NCBI GenBank assembly: GCA_964385665.1
Contig: CAYLPW010000001.1
Coordinates: forward strand, 1 to 61,470
DNA from: an uncultured Saprospiraceae bacterium
Lineage (GTDB): Bacteria > Bacteroidota > Bacteroidia > Chitinophagales > Saprospiraceae
Direction of reading: 5' to 3'
Length of the DNA stretch: 61,470 bases
Positions within the stretch are counted from its first letter, which is position 1, and each line of letters begins with the position of its first letter. A model generated the notes under the pieces. It saw only the letters and a program-made list of their open reading frames with translations, did not search any database and was not told where the DNA came from. This document shows, piece after piece, positions 36,136-43,871 of this stretch. A program made the translations under genes and the position numbers.

Positions 36136-37475
36136 TTCACACTCAACACGCCGGCAGAAAGCTGTATTCGTTCCAAAATATAATTTCCTAACTGTTCTCC
36201 CTGTACGACTCCTTGCTCAATAGAAGGGCGATAATGAATGCCGCCATACAGTCGACTGATCGCAGCTTCATCGGCAGCTTGTTGGAAAGACTGATAAGTG
36301 CGCGGAGGTAAACCCAGTTTTTCTTCCGAATTGTCGGTATAAGTAAAATTAGCTCCAAAAGAAGAAGTCAATATAGTCGCCGCAGCAGCAGAAATAACAC
36401 TATGCCCACTTGTGTATTCTGGGAAAGCAGGTGTTTGCAACACTGGTCGCCAGTTGGGATCAATATAGGCATTAATATAAGTTTGTGGTCGGATCAAATT
36501 ACTTGTATATTTTTCTTGCCAGCAGCTAATGAACGCATCTGCTAGAGCAATGGCAACTAAAGTATGGATTGCCGTTTGAGCTAGAAGGGATAGCTCTTTT
36601 TGAGTCACCGCAATACCAGTCACTAACATCCAATGTCCGCCAGGTGTAATCTGCTGTCGATAGACTTTAGCATATCCTTTTTCAAAGGAAATATTGGGAT
36701 TGCAGTCCCAAAATCGAGCAACTGCCAATTGTTGTTCGTTCAAACGATTCACTGTTTCATACACTTCGGTTGCTTCTGCATAGAAATCAGAATCGGGAAG
36801 GGTGTCAAAACGAGTAGGTGCGGGAGGTCGAAACTGATCGCTACTGCTCATGACGAAAGGACGCAACTGCTGCCAATTCGGTTCGATAGCTGGCGCATGG
36901 TTGGGTGGTGTGGATACCCATTTTCCCTTTAGTCGTTTTGATGTAGCATAGATGTGTCGGTGACGGTCTTCAAAGCCATCTTGTTTCGCCCATTTCAAAA
37001 TGTACTGTCCTATGCGTTGTCCGTAGTTGACTGCCATCGAAAGACTGGTAGTATCTATAGTTTCTACTCCTAATCGCTCCAGATAATCCACTTCAAAACG
37101 AGTAATCATTTCTCGACTATGCACCATTTCTTTCGCAACGGTACTAAAGGCAATTGCACTGGCTACTGGTAGCCATATTTCGTCAAAATTAGCTGGTTCA
37201 GGCAAAGCAGGTAAGCCATTGAGTTGTTGCCCCAACGATACATAGCTGTTGTCCTGTTGCTGTACTACTTCATAAGCCGCAATATTGCAATAAGCATAGA
37301 TACGGCTAGCTACCGGTGGCGTGAACACATCTTCCATGATAGCATCAGTGAGTATCTTATTCCAATCTTGTGTTTGTGTTTCCGTAAGCTGTGCTAGGCT
37401 TTTTAGGCTCGATTCCTCTTGGCAAGCAGTAAATAGGGAGATAAAAGTAAAGAGGCAGAGCATGTATTTCATCAT
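36132..37475 (-). CDS. PAP2-superfamily lipoprotein, vanadium-haloperoxidase/acid-phosphatase-like
   Basis: PAP2 signature elements LIRPQTY, PEYTSGHSV and SRLYGGIHYRPSIEQG. The start is moved to MMKYMLCLFTFISLFTAC (lipobox) at 37475; the track start is 37526. Confidence 0.75.
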   Translation of the reverse strand: MMKYMLCLFTFISLFTACQEESSLKSLAQLTETQTQDWNKILTDAIMEDVFTPPVASRIYAYCNIAAYEVVQQQDNSYVSLGQQLNGLPALPEPANFDEIWLPVASAIAFSTVAKEMVHSREMITRFEVDYLERLGVETIDTTSLSMAVNYGQRIGQYILKWAKQDGFEDRHRHIYATSKRLKGKWVSTPPNHAPAIEPNWQQLRPFVMSSSDQFRPPAPTRFDTLPDSDFYAEATEVYETVNRLNEQQLAVARFWDCNPNISFEKGYAKVYRQQITPGGHWMLVTGIAVTQKELSLLAQTAIHTLVAIALADAFISCWQEKYTSNLIRPQTYINAYIDPNWRPVLQTPAFPEYTSGHSVISAAAATILTSSFGANFTYTDNSEEKLGLPPRTYQSFQQAADEAAISRLYGGIHYRPSIEQGVVQGEQLGNYILERIQLSAGVLSVN

Positions 37476-37750
37476 GTTTATTTGAGTCAGCAATAGAATA
37501 GATATACAATATAATTTCATGTCCATCTACTCTTCTTAGACAAGGATGTGCTTCAATCCCCTAAAGAACAATACATGATAATTACAGCACAAACAGCATA
37601 ACCTGCCAGTAAATACAAATAAAATTTCTTCCTTTTTAGGGTATACCAATTTTTAGTTGTCTGTGAAGATATAAGAGGGTTGTACACCTTTTCGTGAATG
37701 TGTATTACTTCTCGTAAAAACAAATCATTGATCAACCTATTTTTTGACGT

Positions 37751-40700
37751 ATGCAACTAACTTTCACACCACCATTTATCAGACAGTCCCTCTTCTGGAC
37801 GTGCTGTCTGATGTTCTTCAGTATGACCACCGCTTGGTCTCAACAAACCATCACTGGAACAGTGACTGGACAAGAAAACAGCGAACCACTCATTGGCGTA
37901 AGCGTCATGGTGCAAGGAAAAAGCACCGGAACCGTCAGCGACTTCAATGGTACTTACTCAGTGAAAGCTGCTCCTACTGATAGCCTTATTTTTTCTTATG
38001 TCGGTTTCGACCCGCAAACGATTGCGGTAGGCAGTCAAACGACTATTGATATTGCACTTTCACCTGATTATAACCAGTTGGACGAAGTAGTCGTCATTGG
38101 CTATGGAACACAGCAAAAAAGAGATGTTTCTGGTGCAGTCTCCTCGATTGATGGAGACGACATTTCTAGCCAAGCAGTCACCACTTTAGATCAAGGACTA
38201 CAAGGGCAAGCCGCAGGGGTTCTGGTCACACAAGCTTCTGGCGAACCTGGTGGCGGGGTGTCTATTCGCATTCGCGGAGTTGGGTCTTTGGGCAATAATG
38301 AACCGCTGTATGTCATAGATGGCTATCCAACAACGGCATCTGGTCTATCCGCTTTGAATCCCAACAATATCGCTTCTATCGACATCCTAAAAGATGCTTC
38401 TGCTACGGCTATCTATGGAGCAAGAGCTGCCAATGGAGTCGTTATCATCACCACAAAGCGAGGCGAGGAAGGACAGACAAGCGTGACTTTCGATACTTAC
38501 TTTGGCGTACAGACTAGACCTGAATTCTTTGAGGTCTTGGACGCGCAGCAATTCGCTAATTTAGCTGTCGAAATAGGCGATAAAGAACAAGAAGTCGTCT
38601 TAGATGAATGGCGTAGTCCAGGCAACTTGCAGACCATCAACTGGCAAGATGTAATGCTGCGACAAGCCTTACAACAAAGCTACAACGCGACGGTACGCGG
38701 TGGCAACGAACGAACCAGAGCATCCCTTTCTGTTGGCTATTTCGACCAAGAAGGAATCGTGGAAGGTTCTTTTTTCGAGCGCATCAATGCCCGCACCAAT
38801 GTCGATCATCAGATCGGTGACCGATTGAGTGTCGGGACAAGTGTGTTATTCTCCAATGTGCAGCAGGCGAGTCTGTTTGGCTCTGGTCAAAATGGCGCAG
38901 GTTCTCTATCTCAACTACCACAGCTCATTCCCGCACTCACAGCTGGCGGCACAAACGGACAAGTACAAGATGCGGAGGGCAACTACGGCTATTGGCCCTT
39001 CTCGGATGCGATTCCAAATAGTTTTGACAACCCATTGGCAGCCATCAATACCAGAGAGCAAAATAATTTCACCAATCGACTTTTGGGAACAATTTTCGCA
39101 GAGCTAGAACTCCTGAAAGGACTGACTTACAAAATCAACTTAGGAACAGACATCCGCGCCAGCAACGGCAATGGCTTTACGGAGGCTTTCAATCGAGGTC
39201 GTGTCGTCAATGTCGATGCGGACTACTACCAGTACGAGAATACGTTCACAGAGTGGCTGATTGAAAATACCCTAACGTACAACCGATCTTTTGGACTCAC
39301 TGACTTAAATGTAGTGGCAGGTATTTCTGCACAGGAGACGAAGTTTGACTTTTTGAGTGCCAATTCGGAAGGCTTTGTGAGTAATGAGTTCCGTAGCATC
39401 AGCGATGGGATCGCACGAGAGGCTTCTGGTAGCCAAACGCGTGGTTCCTTAGCCTCTTATTTTGGTCGTTTAAACTACAAAATGCTGGATCGATACATTC
39501 TATCGGCGACGGTGCGACGCGATGGTTCTTCTAATTTTGGGAATAACAACAAATGGGGTGTTTTCCCTTCTTTCTCCGCTGCTTGGATTGTTTCGGATGA
39601 GTTTTTCTTAAAAGACGTAGCCGCCCTTGACAATCTAAAACTACGCGGTAGCTGGGGACAAACTGGTGTGCAGGACATTCCTGCATTCGCTTATCTATCA
39701 GTTCTTTCTTCTAGTAACAATTCCTATATCTACGGAACGAATCCATCCGAAGTGGCTGGTATTGCTTTCAATGGCTTGCCCAATCCAGACTTACGATGGG
39801 AAACCACTACACAACTTAACATTGGTATAGATGCCGCTTTCTTTGAGGGAAAAATCAACCTGACCGTTGACTATTACGATAGAGAATCAGAAGATATTTT
39901 ATTGAATATTCCACTACCTAGTACGTCTGGTTTCAACTCCGCTTTTCGCAATGCTGGCACGATTCGTAACAATGGTATTGAATTAGCTTTGGGTTACCGC
40001 AATTACGACAATGCCTTCAAATGGGGCGTTTCTGCCAATTTCACGACCGTCAACAACGAGGTCCTCAGTTTAGGCGGTGGTGAACCGATCTCTAATACTT
40101 CTGCCTTAGGTATTCCTAGCTTTGGTCAGTTTAGCAGCTTTACGCGTACCGAGGAAGGTGGTGAAATAGGTGCATTCTACGGCTGGGTGACGGATGGGAT
40201 TTTCCAATCACAAGCAGAGATCGAAGCCCATGCCGAACAATCTACCGAAACACAGCCTGGCGACCGCCGTTTTGTCGATATTTCAGGACCAGATGGAATG
40301 CCAGATGGCGTTATTAATGATTTGGACAGAACGTTTTTGGGTAGTCCAATTCCTGACTTTTATGGTGGTTTGAATTTCGATGCGCAGTACAAAGGCTTTG
40401 ATTTTAGCTTACTCTTTACGGGCACATACGGCAACGAGATTTTGAATTATCAGAAGAGCAATCTCCTCAACATCAACTTCGATAATAGTGTCGGTTTCTC
40501 CAATATTAGTCAAGAGACTTTTGACAACTATTGGCAAGGAGCTGGCACGAGTGATGACATCCCACGCTTGACGGTAGATGATCCCAATCAGAACAGTCGT
40601 GTCTCTGACTTTTTTGTGGAAGATGCTTCTTTTTTGCGCTTGAAAAATCTGCAATTGGGTTACACCTTGCCAGCTGGTTTGTTGCCTGTGGGCAGCATTC

Positions 40701-40861
40701 GCTTGTATGTAAGTGGACAAAATCTATTGACTTTCACAGAGTATTCTGGCTACGATCCTGAGATTGGATCGCTCAACAATCAAGTCACGACGACTGGAAT
40801 TGATGTCGGTAACTTCCCATTGGCGCAAACTTATCTTTTTGGACTGAACGTAACTTTCTAA
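37751..40861 (+). CDS. SusC/RagA-family TonB-dependent outer-membrane transporter
   Basis: CarboxypepD_reg-like N-terminus (ITGTVTGQENSEPLIGVSVMVQGKSTGTVSDFNGTYSV), plug region (VVVIGYGTQQKRDVSGAVSSI) and a terminal beta-strand ending in F. The next gene is a SusD. Confidence 0.93.
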   Translation: MQLTFTPPFIRQSLFWTCCLMFFSMTTAWSQQTITGTVTGQENSEPLIGVSVMVQGKSTGTVSDFNGTYSVKAAPTDSLIFSYVGFDPQTIAVGSQTTIDIALSPDYNQLDEVVVIGYGTQQKRDVSGAVSSIDGDDISSQAVTTLDQGLQGQAAGVLVTQASGEPGGGVSIRIRGVGSLGNNEPLYVIDGYPTTASGLSALNPNNIASIDILKDASATAIYGARAANGVVIITTKRGEEGQTSVTFDTYFGVQTRPEFFEVLDAQQFANLAVEIGDKEQEVVLDEWRSPGNLQTINWQDVMLRQALQQSYNATVRGGNERTRASLSVGYFDQEGIVEGSFFERINARTNVDHQIGDRLSVGTSVLFSNVQQASLFGSGQNGAGSLSQLPQLIPALTAGGTNGQVQDAEGNYGYWPFSDAIPNSFDNPLAAINTREQNNFTNRLLGTIFAELELLKGLTYKINLGTDIRASNGNGFTEAFNRGRVVNVDADYYQYENTFTEWLIENTLTYNRSFGLTDLNVVAGISAQETKFDFLSANSEGFVSNEFRSISDGIAREASGSQTRGSLASYFGRLNYKMLDRYILSATVRRDGSSNFGNNNKWGVFPSFSAAWIVSDEFFLKDVAALDNLKLRGSWGQTGVQDIPAFAYLSVLSSSNNSYIYGTNPSEVAGIAFNGLPNPDLRWETTTQLNIGIDAAFFEGKINLTVDYYDRESEDILLNIPLPSTSGFNSAFRNAGTIRNNGIELALGYRNYDNAFKWGVSANFTTVNNEVLSLGGGEPISNTSALGIPSFGQFSSFTRTEEGGEIGAFYGWVTDGIFQSQAEIEAHAEQSTETQPGDRRFVDISGPDGMPDGVINDLDRTFLGSPIPDFYGGLNFDAQYKGFDFSLLFTGTYGNEILNYQKSNLLNINFDNSVGFSNISQETFDNYWQGAGTSDDIPRLTVDDPNQNSRVSDFFVEDASFLRLKNLQLGYTLPAGLLPVGSIRLYVSGQNLLTFTEYSGYDPEIGSLNNQVTTTGIDVGNFPLAQTYLFGLNVTF

Positions 40862-40882
40862 CTACATTAATAACGATCTATC

Positions 40883-42415
40883 ATGCATCATTTAAAATAT
40901 ATACTAGGCATCCTGCTCCTGCTGGGTAGTCATGCCTGTTCCGATGACTTTCTGGAACAACAGAAGTTGGATGGACTCACCGAGGACACTTTTTTCCAAA
41001 CCGAAACGCACGCACGTGCTGCCATAGCTGGTATTTACGACATCTTGCATGGCGATGGTGGTGTGGATGAATTGGTGACCAAAGGCATCTACTATCACGC
41101 CAATTATTTCTCGCAAGACATCCGCAATCAGGGCGCAGACGAGTTTTATGCGCGTTACGAAGTGCCTACTAATTACAACATTCTATACGTGCTTTGGTCG
41201 TCGCTGTATCAAGGAATTGCTAGAGCGAATGCGGCTATTCCGAGAATAGAAGCGATGGGCGAAAATAAGCTCATCGAAGCAGAATTAGCGAACCGACTGG
41301 TAGGCGAAGCAAAGTTTTTGAGAGGCTTGTACTACTACTATTTGACGGTCAACTTCGGTGGCGTTCCAGTCATTCTATCCGAGCAGTCGGCTGGTGATGA
41401 TTTGAAAGTGGCACGTTCTTCCGAACAAGCAACTTTTCAAGCGATAGAAAGCGATTTTGCCGCTGCCGCCGAAGCCTTACCGTGGACATATCCCGCAGAT
41501 GCTGTTGGACGGGCGACCAAAGGAGCAGCTTTGGCGTATTTGGGACAAACACAAATGTGGCTGGCGAATGAAAACGATAGCAAATGGGCAGAAGCCAAAG
41601 CCAACTTAGAGCGCATCGTGAACGAAGGGGTTTACAGTTTGGAGCAAGACTTTTTTGCACTGCATCAACCCAACTACAAAAATGGAATCGAGTCGATCTT
41701 CGAGATTCAACACAAAGAAGAAGCCAACCAGACTTGGGGACGCGAAGACCACAACAGCCTCATGCAAATGCTGACCATGCCCACGGAAGCGGGCGGCTGG
41801 GGCGCACACAACAGCACCAAAGACCTGTACGACGCTTTTGAAGAAGGCGATGTCCGTCGTCGTGCTTCTGTGATTGGACCTGGCGAAGAACACCCAAGTC
41901 CTGAAATCAATATCTTGGACTATTCGCCAGCGGACAACATCAACACCTTTGGAACGAAAGAAAATCCTTGGGGACTGAATGGTTACGGTATCGTCAAATA
42001 TTGGCGGCAGCCAGAAGTGTGTGGAAGCTGCCCCAAAGTAGCGATGGATGCCAATATTATACTGATGCGCTATGCCGAAGTTTTGCTGAATTTAGCAGAA
42101 ACGTATGCTAAAACAGGTGATGATGCGCAAGCCTTTTCCATCGTCAACGATCAGATTCGGGCGCGAGCAGATGGCTATACAGAAACTTTGCCAGCATTGA
42201 GTGGCGATGCGATGGATGCGATTATGTCCGAACGTCGGAAGGAGTTCGCTGCTGAATTTTCGTGGTGGTGGACGCTGCGTCGTACAGGAATGGGCGAAGA
42301 ATTTGTACGAGAGAATCATCCAGATGTGCCGATTCAAAATTACAATCCGTTGCTGCCAATTCCATTACAGGAACTAGAAACGAACCCGAACTTGACCCAA
42401 AATCCAGGCTATTAA
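40883..42415 (+). CDS. SusD/RagB-family nutrient-binding lipoprotein
   Basis: Lipobox LLLGSHAC. SusD-like blocks FLRGLYYYYLTVNFGGVP and MRYAEVLLNLAE...RRKEFAAEFSWWWTLRR. Immediately downstream of SusC. Confidence 0.9.
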   Translation: MHHLKYILGILLLLGSHACSDDFLEQQKLDGLTEDTFFQTETHARAAIAGIYDILHGDGGVDELVTKGIYYHANYFSQDIRNQGADEFYARYEVPTNYNILYVLWSSLYQGIARANAAIPRIEAMGENKLIEAELANRLVGEAKFLRGLYYYYLTVNFGGVPVILSEQSAGDDLKVARSSEQATFQAIESDFAAAAEALPWTYPADAVGRATKGAALAYLGQTQMWLANENDSKWAEAKANLERIVNEGVYSLEQDFFALHQPNYKNGIESIFEIQHKEEANQTWGREDHNSLMQMLTMPTEAGGWGAHNSTKDLYDAFEEGDVRRRASVIGPGEEHPSPEINILDYSPADNINTFGTKENPWGLNGYGIVKYWRQPEVCGSCPKVAMDANIILMRYAEVLLNLAETYAKTGDDAQAFSIVNDQIRARADGYTETLPALSGDAMDAIMSERRKEFAAEFSWWWTLRRTGMGEEFVRENHPDVPIQNYNPLLPIPLQELETNPNLTQNPGY

Positions 42416-42500
42416 AGTTTTGTTTTTCGTACTTACATGGGGAAGGTGAGTCATTCATTTTCCCCTTCCTTTCCCTCACTTTTCCAACTATAAACAAGAA

Positions 42501-43835
42501 TTGATGAAGTCATTATCTACCTATCTATTGCCTATTTTCATCTTCTTAGTTGCTGGTTTTTCCCTCCATGCGCAACGCATCGCCGTATCGGGCGAGAAAT
42601 TTATGGTGGGCGAGGAAGAAATTTGGATCAATGGGGCAAATACGCCTTGGATTGCTTGGAATGATTTTGGCGGTGCTTTTGATTACAACGCTTGGGACAG
42701 CGAATTTGAGAAGCTCGCCAATGCCAAAGTCAACTGCACACGCGTCTGGATTACCTGCAATTCGGATGGTGCTATTCAAATTGATAATGATGGAAAAATT
42801 TTAGGTGTAACAGATGCTTTTTGGAACGATGTAGATGATTTATTCGAGATAGCCACCAAACACAACATCTACCTCATCGCTGCCCTCACTTCTTTCGATC
42901 ATTTGCGAGCAGGTGGAAAAACAGAGCAATGGCGGAAGATGTACAATAGTGATGAAAATCGGCAGTCATTCATTGATCATTATGCTGTGCCATTCATTGA
43001 TCGCTACAAAGACAATCCATACTTTTTCGCCATCGAGCCTGCCAACGAAATCGAATGGTTATTCGATAATACCAATATTGCATTAGACTATAAGAATGTC
43101 CAAAATCTAGTCGCTAAAGTTGCCAATGCCGTACACGGACGTAGTGAAGTACTGATAACACAAGGATCAGGACCTGGACCAAAATATCATTCTGCCAATC
43201 ACGGTGGCTTTGATGTGTGGAGCGACGCGGCATTATCCAGCAGTGAAGCTGGCGCGTACCTCGATTTTTTCAATTATCATCACTATAGCTGGATGACTCC
43301 TTTTTGGAACTCACCATTGTCGCGGACACCCGAAAGCTACAGTATGGGATCAAAGCCAGCTATCGTAGGTGAGATTGCTGCGAATGGTCGAAAAGTGGAT
43401 AATGATCTGAATTATTCGGATGAAGAAGTTTATCGTCTAGCCTTCGAGCAAGACTGGCAAGGCGTGATGGCATGGACTTCTAATGGTGTAGATGACAATG
43501 GGACGATCAATAATTTACAAGAAGGTACACAGTGGATACACAGTAATTATCCTGAATTGGTTTATCCGAGTGCAAGTGTTTCCACGCAGCAGGTAGCAGC
43601 AATTAACCTAAAAATCTATCCCAATCCAACTCAAGAGGTCGTACAGTGGAGTGGTGGCGAAATAGCAATTGCTCAAGTCGCGCTCATCGACTCCAAAGGT
43701 AGAACTCTTCTACAATTAAAGCATCCCTCTCAAACCTCTTTGACTCTTCCGCAAAACTTACCAAAAGGCACTTATTACCTACTCTTTTCCGATCATCAGC
43801 AAGTTATCGCTCGAAAACAAATTATTCTTCATTAA
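42501..43835 (+). CDS. Clan GH-A (GH5-like, possibly beta-mannanase-type) glycoside hydrolase with a T9SS type-A sorting domain
   Basis: Signal peptide. (beta/alpha)8 landmarks: VNCTRVWI, acid/base NE in AIEPANEIEW, HHYSW, and the nucleophile in AIVGEIAANG. C-terminus is LKIYPNPTQEV...GTYYLLF. Subfamily and substrate are not determinable by eye. Confidence 0.65.
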   Translation: MMKSLSTYLLPIFIFLVAGFSLHAQRIAVSGEKFMVGEEEIWINGANTPWIAWNDFGGAFDYNAWDSEFEKLANAKVNCTRVWITCNSDGAIQIDNDGKILGVTDAFWNDVDDLFEIATKHNIYLIAALTSFDHLRAGGKTEQWRKMYNSDENRQSFIDHYAVPFIDRYKDNPYFFAIEPANEIEWLFDNTNIALDYKNVQNLVAKVANAVHGRSEVLITQGSGPGPKYHSANHGGFDVWSDAALSSSEAGAYLDFFNYHHYSWMTPFWNSPLSRTPESYSMGSKPAIVGEIAANGRKVDNDLNYSDEEVYRLAFEQDWQGVMAWTSNGVDDNGTINNLQEGTQWIHSNYPELVYPSASVSTQQVAAINLKIYPNPTQEVVQWSGGEIAIAQVALIDSKGRTLLQLKHPSQTSLTLPQNLPKGTYYLLFSDHQQVIARKQIILH

Positions 43836-43871
43836 TGCCAAGCTATTTTTCTAACTGAATAAAACTTAATC

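Noticed and set aside
37553-37756. 67-aa minus-strand ORF with a C-terminal hydrophobic segment between the PAP2 gene and SusC (a mini anti-sigma?)
   Set aside because: It occupies the whole divergent promoter region and overlaps the SusC start. It has no anti-sigma motif and is not adjacent to the sigma gene.
41370-42504. Cluster of alternative-frame ORFs (Arg/Pro/Gln-rich) inside and just after the SusD gene
   Set aside because: They overlap a well-supported SusD reading frame, and their products are low-complexity.
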